Shown here piece by piece: positions 44,980-54,539 of a DNA stretch of 64,000 bases (positions are counted from its first letter, which is position 1; every line of letters starts with the position of its first letter). The DNA comes from an uncultured Candidatus Saccharimonas sp. Its GTDB lineage: Bacteria; Patescibacteriota; Saccharimonadia; Saccharimonadales; AQU-01. Position numbers and translations under genes: made by a program. The notes under the pieces are model-generated. The model saw nothing but the letters and a program-made list of their open reading frames with translations, did not search any database and had not been told where the DNA came from. The DNA lies in NCBI GenBank assembly GCA_943358095.1, contig CALRGT010000003.1:6169-70168 (forward strand). Direction: 5' to 3'.

Positions 44980-45942
44980 CTACACCGCCAATCTTGCTAT
45001 GTATGCTAATAGAAGGGAAGGAAACACGCCTTTAATCAGAGATTCACGGACAGGCTGCAAACAAAGCTCGTTCGTTAATACGGCGACAGCAATAATGGCA
45101 ATAGTCGGTGATGGATGATATTTATTCATGTGTACAGCTAGAGCGGTATAATCTAGTATAGAAATCGTCAGATAGCCCATAACTAGACTGGCTACAAACC
45201 TTTCCAGCCCAATAATCAGCGTGTATTTTTGGATAAGTTTCATAGCCCAGAAACTAATTACTACGGCTATGGATATGCACATCGCTTGCAGTGGCGCGAT
45301 AAATATTAGAAGAGCAAGAAATGGACCGATCACATATCCACCACCACGAATACCGAAGCGATAATAGATCAAGGCTGCAGTAATTAAACTTATAGGTATC
45401 ACAATAAATGGAGCAGTCAATGTTAGCGGTGTGTATTGAGCCAATTGAACGTTTAATGAGGTGAGGTCATGTTTTGGAATCACAGACGCCAATATCACAC
45501 CTGCCGACCCAGTTAGCGCAGTAACAAGTAATGTTGAAGTAATAATTCGCGACTTGCCATATTTATGAGCGCTAATAGTAATAAGTCCTGGTATGACAAG
45601 ACTAACGATTGAAGATTCTATATAAGCATTTCCGTAAGTTCTAAAAACGTACATCGTGATAAGTCCAAGAAGTGTAGATATGGACATGCAGATAATGGTA
45701 ATCCAACGACTACTAAGTGCGTGCTTGGACACAAATATGCGATAAATAGTCCAGCATATAACAGTAGAAATAAGTAAAACAATAAAGGATTTAAAGCTGA
45801 CGAATAACGTTCCTGCCAAGATTCCAGGTACGATAATACCGCCTGGTGTTACCCCATACTTTTTTTTATAAAGTATTGAGATAATTGCTCCCAGTAGAAA
45901 TAGAATGCGAATAAGTTCGATCGAACTGTCTAATATCTCCAC
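44980..45942 (-). CDS. capC: CapC/PgsC-like membrane protein, apparently duplicated (about twice the usual length)
   Basis: 320 aa. GVTPGGIIVPGILAG and SLVIPGLIT resemble PgsC GIVPAGLVVPGYLA / GIIVPGLIAN. Its stop lies 2 nt before the capB start. Confidence 0.7.
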   Translation of the reverse strand: MEILDSSIELIRILFLLGAIISILYKKKYGVTPGGIIVPGILAGTLFVSFKSFIVLLISTVICWTIYRIFVSKHALSSRWITIICMSISTLLGLITMYVFRTYGNAYIESSIVSLVIPGLITISAHKYGKSRIITSTLLVTALTGSAGVILASVIPKHDLTSLNVQLAQYTPLTLTAPFIVIPISLITAALIYYRFGIRGGGYVIGPFLALLIFIAPLQAMCISIAVVISFWAMKLIQKYTLIIGLERFVASLVMGYLTISILDYTALAVHMNKYHPSPTIAIIAVAVLTNELCLQPVRESLIKGVFPSLLLAYIARLAV

Positions 45943-46185
45943 GATACCTTGCCCACAATAAGTTAACAGGGGTAGTATAACATATAAGTTGACTTTTTGT
46001 CAATGCTGTAGCGTTATATTTTCAATAATGTAAGATAGATTATGCTTACCAAGATCTGTCACTAGTTTGTCTTTTATAGAAAATTGTAAGCAGATCATTT
46101 AGATCGTGCTTGTGCCTTTAAATTTTTCACTATATATTTAATATGTATAGATAATCATACGATTAAAAAAGATAGGATTCGCATT

Positions 46186-46734
46186 ATGTCCAAAAAAGCA
46201 GATAGAAGAACACTAGATGTCACTTTCACTTTATTAGGTCTTGCAGTCACCGTAATATTATTTGTTGCTGGCTGTATAGGGATGTATGCCTATAATTTTG
46301 CAACTTCTACAGTTAGAAGTGAATTGGTTCAGCAGAAAATCTTTTTTCCACCAGCAGGTAGTCCAGGCTTAAGTGCTAGTGAGTTTCCTGATCTTCAGAA
46401 ATATGGTGGCCAGCAGGTAGACGATGGCATTAAAGCGAAGGCTTATGCAAACGGATTCATCGGAAGGCATCTAGATAAAGTCGCTAATGGAAAAACATAT
46501 TCAGAAGTAAGCGCCGAGTCAAAACTTGATCCAACCAACGCAAAACTAACGGCACAAAAAGCAACTCTATTCCAGGGCGAAACATTACGAGGAATTTTAC
46601 TTGGTGATGGCTATGCCTATTGGACATTTGGTTTGATCGCTTATTATGCATCCATACTCGCACTTACCGGTTCGGCTGTAATGTTATTGCTAGTAATCCT
46701 AGGCTACCGACACATTCGTCATAATAAGAATTAA
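46186..46734 (+). CDS. hypothetical membrane protein (N- and C-terminal TM)
   Basis: 182-aa ORF. No family recognised. Confidence 0.55.
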   Translation: MSKKADRRTLDVTFTLLGLAVTVILFVAGCIGMYAYNFATSTVRSELVQQKIFFPPAGSPGLSASEFPDLQKYGGQQVDDGIKAKAYANGFIGRHLDKVANGKTYSEVSAESKLDPTNAKLTAQKATLFQGETLRGILLGDGYAYWTFGLIAYYASILALTGSAVMLLLVILGYRHIRHNKN

Positions 46735-46759
46735 AAACGAAAAAATTATTTTATTAGGC

Positions 46760-46915
46760 GTGACGCTAGTTATTGTATTGGCTGGAGCGTATTTTGTGGT
46801 TAATCGTAGTTCAAGTACACAAACCTACACTAGTCCATCAAGTGCTGTCATTACAACAAGCTCAACAACTTGCACTTCTCAAATTATTATGATGCCGCCA
46901 ATGAACCGCCAATAA
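46760..46915 (+). CDS. possible small Ser/Thr-rich membrane-anchored peptide
   Basis: 51-codon ORF from GTG (or from in-frame ATT codons at 46745/46748, which add KIILLG). Hydrophobic N-terminus. Below the ORF-track cutoff. Weak. Confidence 0.25.
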   Translation: MTLVIVLAGAYFVVNRSSSTQTYTSPSSAVITTSSTTCTSQIIMMPPMNRQ

Positions 46916-46963
46916 AAATAGCCGACAAATGTCGACTATAGTTATTTGCTAAACGTTGAGCTT

Positions 46964-47155
46964 TTAGTAAGCTTTTGTTGCGCCTTCTTCTAATGCTTTT
47001 TCGGCATTAACTTTAGACATCATCGCACAAACGGTAGTTCCACACGTTGCGTGCTTTCCCTTGGCCATGTAGCCGCCCTTTGATGTTTGATGAATCTCTG
47101 GTGCTGACAATTCAACGCCCTTTTCTTTGCACTTAACGCAGTATCCTGTAACCAT
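46964..47155 (-). CDS. DUF5679-type small zinc-ribbon protein
   Basis: 63 aa; CVKC ... CGTTVC cysteine pairs. Confidence 0.6.
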   Translation of the reverse strand: MVTGYCVKCKEKGVELSAPEIHQTSKGGYMAKGKHATCGTTVCAMMSKVNAEKALEEGATKAY

Positions 47156-47436
47156 TTCTATGTACTCCTTATATTATTGCTTTATCAGTAGGCATTATAG
47201 CCCTAATCAGTATTTTCTCTAAGTAAAAGTAAAAATTACAAAGGTATTATATTCGGTAAAATATTGAAGCCTAGTCCGTAGAAATATCAAAATTGTTTTA
47301 TATAATTGTAAATGCGCAATCATAATAAGATTTCAGCCGCATGATTTTACGCACATCCCGTATTTAGTACTCGAACTACTTCTACTCTTGCCTCATAGAA
47401 TAGGCTTAAGAGTGTCGTAGGGTGTAATATTAGTAC

Positions 47437-48003
47437 ATGGCAATTGAAACACCGAAGTATAAAGTTTTAGAAAAAAATGGGCATATTGAGCTAAGAAAAT
47501 ATGACGGCTATATAACAGCAAATGTAGAAATTAAAGCCGATAGCTATAAATCTGCCGGCAGTATGGCATTTAGAGTTTTGGCCGATTATATATTTGGGAA
47601 TAATACGAAAAATACAAAGATAGCTATGACTGCTCCTGTAATTAGCCAAAAACCTGCTACTTCAGAAAAGATAGCAATGACTGCTCCTGTAACTACGGCT
47701 AAACTTGACGATCAAAAGTACGTTATTTCATTTACAATGCCAGCAAGTTTTACGTTAAAGGATTTACCTAAGCCCAATAATGACAATGTAATTATTAAAA
47801 GTTTGCCTGCGCACGAAGTAGTTGCTATTGAATTTTCGGGGTACACATCAGAAGGTGATATTGAGAAGAAGTCCGCTGAACTCAGGGAGTGGGCTAATAA
47901 AAAACAAATTAAGCTAGCCAATCAGCCGTCTGTACTAAGATATGATCCACCATGGAAGCCAGGATTTATACGACGAAACGAAGTCTGTTTTAGTGTCGTC
48001 TAG
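47437..48003 (+). CDS. SOUL heme-binding family protein
   Basis: IETPKYKVLEK...IELRKY N-terminus, repeated IAMTAPV motif, C-terminal YDPPW....RRNEV. Confidence 0.85.
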   Translation: MAIETPKYKVLEKNGHIELRKYDGYITANVEIKADSYKSAGSMAFRVLADYIFGNNTKNTKIAMTAPVISQKPATSEKIAMTAPVTTAKLDDQKYVISFTMPASFTLKDLPKPNNDNVIIKSLPAHEVVAIEFSGYTSEGDIEKKSAELREWANKKQIKLANQPSVLRYDPPWKPGFIRRNEVCFSVV

Positions 48004-48028
48004 ATTAGTATGCCGCTGTGCTCGTGGA

Positions 48029-48433
48029 TTATCTATTTAAATAAGTAATCCCAAGCTGCACGGTGGTCGCGAATGCGCCCCAAACAAGATAAGGGATATT
48101 TGCATAGCTGACCCATCTGAGTTCGGGAGCTTTTAGCCAAACTGCTAAGAGTGCCCATATAAGTGTGGCTACTATGAGTAATATATCTATAGACGCAAGT
48201 AAATTATTCGCCAAACCGAATTGTATGTATGTAAAGGCAAAGTTGAAAATAAGATTAAGAGCAAAGGGCAAAGCAACCACCCTCGGAATTAGCTTTTTAT
48301 ATGCACTGTAAAAAACCACACTATAGGAAACTGCAATTATCACATACAAAAACGGCCATACGAGACCGATTACCCACGACGGTGGTGTCCATGACGGCTT
48401 AATGTACTGTGAGTATAGTGCTCTTCCATCCAT
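48029..48433 (-). CDS. tspO: TspO/MBR tryptophan-rich sensory protein
   Basis: 134 aa, 5 TM. KPSWTPPSWVIGLVWPFLY and the aromatic-rich C-terminus are typical of TspO. Confidence 0.85.
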   Translation of the reverse strand: MDGRALYSQYIKPSWTPPSWVIGLVWPFLYVIIAVSYSVVFYSAYKKLIPRVVALPFALNLIFNFAFTYIQFGLANNLLASIDILLIVATLIWALLAVWLKAPELRWVSYANIPYLVWGAFATTVQLGITYLNR

Positions 48434-48524
48434 TAGTTCCTGCGATTCTGTATAACATAATTATTAGTTTAATAACTTAATTGTATCAAAAAAAGACCAA
48501 TTTGGTCTTTAAACTCAAGCATTT

Positions 48525-48598
48525 TGGCTGGGGATGAGGGATTCGAACCCCCGATCGTGGAACCAGAATCCACTGCCTTACCACTTGGCCAATCCCCA
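48525..48598 (-). tRNA. tRNA-Gln(CTG)
   Basis: Reverse complement reads TGGGGAT...ATCCCCA-GCCA with U1:A72. Anticodon stem GTGGA/TCCAC with loop TTCTGGT. T-loop TTCGAAT. Confidence 0.9.
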
Positions 48599-48690
48599 AT
48601 AGCAAACGTAGCGTGGTTATTATAACAATTCGTATCTGTTTAGGCTAGTTGTTATGTGTAGATCGTCGACAAAGTAGTATACTTAAAATA

Positions 48691-49350
48691 ATGAAATTAG
48701 CTCACGTTCATCACAGGGTAAAATTAGAGCCGGTTTGGCACGTCCAGTTTGCCGTATTCATGGCCATAGTTCTGCAGGTCGTTTTAAGTAATAGTCTTAC
48801 GTTCGGCCCCAAGTACTTAATTGCTATTATCGAGTTTATTCTGCTTGCTGCGTTAATTGTTATGCCTCGCGACGGTAACTTGTCCTGGAGAATTAAAAGA
48901 AGTGCAGCCCTAATTTTAATAGGCGTTATATCTTTAGCTAACATAATCTCACTATTCCTTGTGACTCATTCTCTACTCATAACAAACACTGTTACGGGTA
49001 GGCAGTTAATCGGCTCGGGTGTGGCGATATTTCTGACAAATATTATTGTTTTTGGACTTTGGTATTGGGAGCTTGATAGTAACGGGATTCAAGGACAGTC
49101 TACGAAAGTTCGCCCAGTAGATTTCTTGTTCCCACAAATGACGCCAGGTGAGCACGTAGTTGAGCGTGGACTTTGGGTCCCAACATTTTTTGATTATCTA
49201 TATATATCAATAACTAATGCCACAGCTTTTAGCCCAACCGATAGCCAGCCTTTGTCGCATAGAGCAAAATTATTGATGGCCTCACAGTCTCTAATATCTT
49301 TGATTACCGTTGCACTAGTTGCCGCTAGAGCTGTATCTATATTGTCTTAG
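48691..49350 (+). CDS. DUF1345-type membrane protein
   Basis: Start taken at MKLAHVHH. 5-6 TM. The C-terminal FFDYLYISITNATAFSPTD resembles DUF1345. Confidence 0.55.
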   Translation: MKLAHVHHRVKLEPVWHVQFAVFMAIVLQVVLSNSLTFGPKYLIAIIEFILLAALIVMPRDGNLSWRIKRSAALILIGVISLANIISLFLVTHSLLITNTVTGRQLIGSGVAIFLTNIIVFGLWYWELDSNGIQGQSTKVRPVDFLFPQMTPGEHVVERGLWVPTFFDYLYISITNATAFSPTDSQPLSHRAKLLMASQSLISLITVALVAARAVSILS

Positions 49351-49402
49351 TTTTTAAAGTAAATCTTCTGGTGTGCTAAACTATAAGAGCTTTAACAATT
49401 TA

Positions 49403-49494
49403 AAAATATAAAGAGTGTAGCGAGGGTTCTAGCCCAATGACCTACCGGCAACCTACTAATTAATAGCAAGGTGCTCCATCTAGTCCGTAGTTAT
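49403..49494 (+). promoter_or_regulatory. SAM-I-type riboswitch aptamer upstream of metK
   Basis: The conserved core is readable: AAGAG-tgtagc-GAGGG-ttct-AGCCC-aatGA-cctaCCGGCAACC-...-GGTGCT. The P4 region looks short. Confidence 0.75.
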
Positions 49495-49495
49495 T

Positions 49496-50668
49496 ATGGA
49501 AACGATATTTTGCCAAAACATATCCTTTCCATATATTCACGGGGAAGGATATTTTATTTCAAACTCTACAAAAACAACACTATTTACTAGTGAATCAGTT
49601 GCCGCAGGGCATCCAGACAAAATCTGTGACGCCATAAGTGATGCAATTCTTGACGCAGCCTTAGCGCAAGATCCAAAAACGAGAGCCGGTATTGAGGCGG
49701 TTGCTGGCGCAAATCAGATCAGCCTATTTGGTGAAATTACCACTACCGCCAAACTAGACTATGAGGCGATTGTTCGAGAAGTTATTAAATCTCAAGGTTA
49801 CATTGAGCCAAAGTGGGGCTTTTCTGAAGAGTCAAAGTTCACAAGTTATTTACATCAACAATCGCCAGAGATATCGCAGGGCGTTGACCAAGATGGGGCT
49901 GGCGATCAAGGAATGATGTTTGGTTATGCCTGTAACGAAACCCCAGAACTTATGCCGATGCCGATTACTTTGGCACATGCTTTAGCGCGTAGAATCGACG
50001 AAGTCCGTCAGAAAAAAATACTCGATTATATCCGACCCGACGGCAAGGCGCAGGTTACTGTCGTCTACGAAGATGGCATACCTACTGCTATAGCTAACGC
50101 CGTTATTGCAGTAGCACATTCCGAGCAAGTTAGCGCCGATCAAGTTCGTGCTGGAGTTATTGCTGAGATTATTACCCCAGTTTTAGCTAAATATGGCTTC
50201 ACAGTGAGCGACGAAAATATAACTGTAAATGGCACAGGCTTATGGCATATACCAGGTCCAGAATCAGACGCAGGATTAACTGGTAGAAAAATTGTAGTAG
50301 ATACATATGGTGGTTACGCTCGTGTTGGAGGAGGCGCCTTTAGCGGTAAAGATCCGAGCAAGGTGGACCGTTCTGGCGCTTATGCGGCACGATATATTGC
50401 TAAAAATATTGTTGCTGCCGGTCTAGCGGATAAATGTGAGGTTGGTCTGGCATATGTAATTGGTAAGCCGAATCCTTTAATGCAAACAATTGAAACATTT
50501 GGAACTAGTAAAGTTTCTGACAAAGAACTTTACGACTTCAAAGATAAATTGATAGATACTTCGGTACGAGGAATAGTCGAAAAATTGCAGCTACTTAGGC
50601 CGATTTATTCTGCGACAAGCGCATATGGACATTTTGGTAAGCCAGAATTGCCGTGGGAGCAGGGGTAG
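49496..50668 (+). CDS. metK: S-adenosylmethionine synthetase
   Basis: LFTSESVAAGHPDKICD, GAGDQGMMFGYA and GGGAFSGKDPSKVDRS motifs. The ORF-track ATG 49496 lies inside the riboswitch platform. The conserved N-terminus is better served by ATT at 49556 (see findings). Confidence 0.95.
   Translation: METIFCQNISFPYIHGEGYFISNSTKTTLFTSESVAAGHPDKICDAISDAILDAALAQDPKTRAGIEAVAGANQISLFGEITTTAKLDYEAIVREVIKSQGYIEPKWGFSEESKFTSYLHQQSPEISQGVDQDGAGDQGMMFGYACNETPELMPMPITLAHALARRIDEVRQKKILDYIRPDGKAQVTVVYEDGIPTAIANAVIAVAHSEQVSADQVRAGVIAEIITPVLAKYGFTVSDENITVNGTGLWHIPGPESDAGLTGRKIVVDTYGGYARVGGGAFSGKDPSKVDRSGAYAARYIAKNIVAAGLADKCEVGLAYVIGKPNPLMQTIETFGTSKVSDKELYDFKDKLIDTSVRGIVEKLQLLRPIYSATSAYGHFGKPELPWEQG
49520..49559 (+). 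terminator. riboswitch expression-platform hairpin (terminator/SD sequestrator)
   Basis: 11-bp stem ATATCCTTTCC / GGGAAGGATAT followed by TTTTATTT. The 3' arm contains the GGAAGGA Shine-Dalgarno. Confidence 0.7.
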
Positions 50669-50675
50669 TTAAATT

Positions 50676-51431
50676 TTAAGTATTTGGCCGGACTATGTCG
50701 GAGGCTAATCGAAGCATGCCAGCTGTCGCTACGCCATGAGTCAGAATGCTCATATGGCCCAGATTGGGTCCAGATATCCTTTCGATTCCGTCGTTAGCAT
50801 CTTCTGATTCTTGGCTCCAAGGGACAAACAGGACTCTTCGTGCTCCGGCGTAGTCGGGTAGGGCGCTAGAGGAGGTAACGAACTTGCTAGAAGTTGCAGT
50901 CATGGTGAGTTTTGGATGATTATCGGACTTTTGCGCTTCTTCTGCTAATCTGGCGGTCTCGTCGCTAAATTCCTCGCTGTTTATCAGTCGTCTCATCAGT
51001 AGTTCCGTCATTCCACCGATCGGTCCAGAGAACTTCCCACGGTGAGGTGAGTCGACTGTTATACCCCCAGCAATTCTTGAATCTTCAGTGTTCTGACATA
51101 ATCTCGCTACAGATAGCCCGCCAAGCGAGTGACCAACTAGTACGGCTTGGACGCTGTCTGGATATTTGTCTAGTTTGCGTTCTACTAGATCAGAAATATT
51201 TTTGTGAGTTTTTTCTATGGGCTGTATTCCAAGCCTAGGAAGTACGAGTGGTTCTTCGAAATCCCAACTCCCCTCACTCTTGAATGTCTTGCTTAGTTCG
51301 TTGAAATGGACGGTTGCAGTAGAGACGACATTTGCCCAAGGTAAGTGCGGCGTCTGGAGCTTCATGTTAATGGCTCCGGCTATCGGTATAACAACTTTAT
51401 CATGAGATTGGCCTAGCTTTTCAGCGGACAT
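50676..51431 (-). CDS. alpha/beta hydrolase (lipase/esterase-like)
   Basis: Nucleophile elbow GHSLGG. No signal peptide seen. Confidence 0.7.
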   Translation of the reverse strand: MSAEKLGQSHDKVVIPIAGAINMKLQTPHLPWANVVSTATVHFNELSKTFKSEGSWDFEEPLVLPRLGIQPIEKTHKNISDLVERKLDKYPDSVQAVLVGHSLGGLSVARLCQNTEDSRIAGGITVDSPHRGKFSGPIGGMTELLMRRLINSEEFSDETARLAEEAQKSDNHPKLTMTATSSKFVTSSSALPDYAGARRVLFVPWSQESEDANDGIERISGPNLGHMSILTHGVATAGMLRLASDIVRPNT

Positions 51432-51562
51432 TTTGGTCTCTTGCTTAGTTGAATATATTTATACGCCTAAATTTTTAATAAAGCTAGTGATTAAAATAGA
51501 GGTGTATTTGTAAAATTAGAGAAATAGTATAAGGTTGGTCGTTATCAGATTATTCGGTTATA

Positions 51563-52492
51563 ATGACATGGATGCTAAACGTTTATTTTAATACTACAAA
51601 AACCCCAAAGGTACGCAGTTATACGGTGCCACGAGCCGGCGCGTGGGTTAATATTGAGGCCCCAACAACAGTAGAGCTAGAATATATCGCCAAGAAATTA
51701 AAGCTTGATATAGACTTACTGAACGACGGAATTGACCCAAATGAATCGCCTCGTATTGAGAGGGACGTAAACAGTATTTATATTTATACGCGTTATTGCT
51801 TGCCTGAAAGCGAGAAGCAGACTACAAGCCCGCTGCTACTAATACTTACTCCAAATAACCTAGTGACCATAGCGCGAAGGCCATACAATGACCACAAACC
51901 AATAATTAAAAAGGCGGGGTCTACACAAAATCAGGCACAGCTGGCTCTCGAAATACTTACTCAAATTAACAATGGTTACAGTAAGAGAATTAATAATGTT
52001 AGTAAGCGAATTTGGCAGATTCGCAGCCAACTGGATAAGTCGCATATTGATAACAAGGATTTTATTTCCTTTATTGATCTTGAAGAAGATTTGAGTGACT
52101 TTTTGTTGGCGCTAGAGCCTATGAATACAAGTTTGAACACTCTATTATCAGCAAAATATTTCCGAGCCTACGAAGAAGACAGGGATGATTTCGAAGATCT
52201 TGAACTGACCACCAAGGAGCTTATTGGCTTAGCAAATTCACGACTAAAAACAATTCAGAATATACGCGAAGCCTATAGTACTATTACGGCCAATAACTTA
52301 AATAAAGTTTTTAAGTTGATGACTAGTATCACCATTCTTATGAGTATTTTTACTATTATTACTGGTGTTTATAGTATGAATATCGCACTGCCACTTGCTC
52401 ACGAAGGTTATGTGTTCTGGGTGTTGCTAGGATTCTCAGCGCTTATTATTGGTGTATTGGCGACAATCTTCCGCCGCAAAAAATGGCTTTAG
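51563..52492 (+). CDS. corA: CorA family divalent-cation transporter (SMN variant of the GMN motif)
   Basis: 309 aa; cytosolic N-domain and two C-terminal TM helices with GVYSMNIALP at the position of YGMN. Confidence 0.8.
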   Translation: MTWMLNVYFNTTKTPKVRSYTVPRAGAWVNIEAPTTVELEYIAKKLKLDIDLLNDGIDPNESPRIERDVNSIYIYTRYCLPESEKQTTSPLLLILTPNNLVTIARRPYNDHKPIIKKAGSTQNQAQLALEILTQINNGYSKRINNVSKRIWQIRSQLDKSHIDNKDFISFIDLEEDLSDFLLALEPMNTSLNTLLSAKYFRAYEEDRDDFEDLELTTKELIGLANSRLKTIQNIREAYSTITANNLNKVFKLMTSITILMSIFTIITGVYSMNIALPLAHEGYVFWVLLGFSALIIGVLATIFRRKKWL

Positions 52493-52705
52493 TTATTTGT
52501 TAATAATTTGACCTTTTGCGACTAAATGCGATTGTCCAACCACGTCTTTTAGGCTCTCTGGACGCAACTTTTCGGCTTAGGAATGTTATCCATATAACTA
52601 GTATAGCGCGTATTGCCAAAGAAGTACTTGCTTAAAAATCCCGCTTATGCCATAATATAAGTAATAGTTTTACAAGCGCTAATCAAGATAAGGAGCGCCT
52701 TTTTT

Positions 52706-54526
52706 ATGCAAGACCCAAACAAGATACGAAACATCGCAATTATTGCCCACGTTGACCATGGCAAAACAACATTAGTCGACGGACTATTAAAGCAGTCACA
52801 GACTTTCCGCGACAACCAAGCTGAAATGTCACAAGACTTGATTATGGATAGTGGCGACCAAGAACGCGAACGCGGAATCACCATTACGGCAAAAGTTACA
52901 GCTGTTCAGCACGGTGACTACCGCATTAATATTATCGACACACCTGGTCACGCCGACTTTAGTGGTGAGGTTGAGCGTATTTTGAATATGGCCGATGGTT
53001 GTCTTCTAATCGTAGATGCCCAAGAAGGCCCAATGCCTCAGACTAAGTTTGTGTTATCAAAAGCACTAGCTCAAGGCTTGAAGCCAATTGTAATTATCAA
53101 CAAAATCGACAAATTCGGTAGCCGTTTGGGTGAAGTAGAAGACGAACTAGCAGATTTGTTCCTAGAACTTGCCGTTCACGAAGATCAGTTACATTACCCA
53201 GTTTATTATGCAATTGGTCGTGCTGGTAAGGCTTGGCAGAATCCTCCAACAAACCCAGACGAAGACGCTAATCTTGATGTAATTTTCGACGCAATCATCA
53301 GCGACATTCCAGCTCCAGTAGTGGAAGCAGACAAGCCTTTCCAGATGCTTGTTACTGCATTGGCTTGGGATAACTTTAAGGGTAAATTTGCTGTTGGCCG
53401 AATATCTCGTGGTTCTATTAAAGCTGGTGAAGCTGTTACTCTTTGTCGCAAGGACGGAACATTATTAAAGTCAAAGGTTGACCTCGTATTCATGAGTCAT
53501 GGTGTTAGTCGTTTTGAAGTTCCTGGTGGTGTTGCTGGTGATATTGTCCAGTTGACAGGTATTGGTGAGGCTCAAATCGGTGAAACTCTAGCTGATGCTG
53601 TTAATCCTGAGGCTTTGCCGGTACTAGAGGTAGAAGCTCCAACCCTAAAAATCTATCTAGGTCCAAACACTAGTCCTTTTAAGGGCACAGAAGGTGAATT
53701 TACGACTAGTCGTCAGATTGGTGATCGCTTAAAGAAAGAACTTGAGATTAATGTTGGTCTACGTGTAGAAGAAGAGTCAATCGGCTTCTTGGTTTCTGGA
53801 CGTGGCGAACTTCACCTTAGCGTACTTATAGAAACTATGCGACGTGAAGGTTTTGAATTCGAAGTTGGTCGTCCACAAGTTGTTACCCACGAAGAAAAAG
53901 GTAAGACAATGGAGCCACTTGAAGAAGTTATCATCGAAATCCCTGCAGAGCATGTTGGTGCTGTCCAAATGGAACTTGGAACAAGACGAGCAGCATTGAA
54001 AGAGCAATTTACTAGCAATAAAGGTGTGACCAAGCTAGTTTACGAAATGCCTACCCGCACACTACTAGGTATGCGAAATATTCTTTTGACTAACACTAAG
54101 GGCACTATAATCATGAACACTTTGCCGCTTGGTTTCCAAGAGCTTGGGTCTAGTTTGCAACAGTTGCGAAACGGCGTCTTGATCGCTTTTGAAACAGGTG
54201 TTACTACTCCATACGCATTGCAGAACGTAGAAGAACGCGGTGTTTGTTTTATCGGGCCAGCAATTCGTGTTTATGCCGGTCAAATTATTGGACTTAACAC
54301 TCGTGGTGAAGATATGGAAATTAACGTTTGTCGCGCTAAGCAACTTACGAACATGCGAAGTAAGTCTAGTGACGGAACTGTACAGTTGACCCCTCCAATT
54401 AACTTCAGTCTTGAAGAGTGCTTAGATTTCCTAGAAAAAGATGAACTACTAGAAGTTACACCTAAGTCTCTTCGTTTACGCAAACGCGAACTTGATCCTA
54501 ACAAGCGAAAACGCGCTCCAAAGTAG
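52706..54526 (+). CDS. typA: translational GTPase TypA/BipA
   Basis: IRNIAIIAHVDHGKTTL, DTPGHADF and NKID G-motifs; 606 aa with the BipA C-terminal domain. Confidence 0.95.
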   Translation: MQDPNKIRNIAIIAHVDHGKTTLVDGLLKQSQTFRDNQAEMSQDLIMDSGDQERERGITITAKVTAVQHGDYRINIIDTPGHADFSGEVERILNMADGCLLIVDAQEGPMPQTKFVLSKALAQGLKPIVIINKIDKFGSRLGEVEDELADLFLELAVHEDQLHYPVYYAIGRAGKAWQNPPTNPDEDANLDVIFDAIISDIPAPVVEADKPFQMLVTALAWDNFKGKFAVGRISRGSIKAGEAVTLCRKDGTLLKSKVDLVFMSHGVSRFEVPGGVAGDIVQLTGIGEAQIGETLADAVNPEALPVLEVEAPTLKIYLGPNTSPFKGTEGEFTTSRQIGDRLKKELEINVGLRVEEESIGFLVSGRGELHLSVLIETMRREGFEFEVGRPQVVTHEEKGKTMEPLEEVIIEIPAEHVGAVQMELGTRRAALKEQFTSNKGVTKLVYEMPTRTLLGMRNILLTNTKGTIIMNTLPLGFQELGSSLQQLRNGVLIAFETGVTTPYALQNVEERGVCFIGPAIRVYAGQIIGLNTRGEDMEINVCRAKQLTNMRSKSSDGTVQLTPPINFSLEECLDFLEKDELLEVTPKSLRLRKRELDPNKRKRAPK

Positions 54527-54539
54527 ATAGTAGATAATT

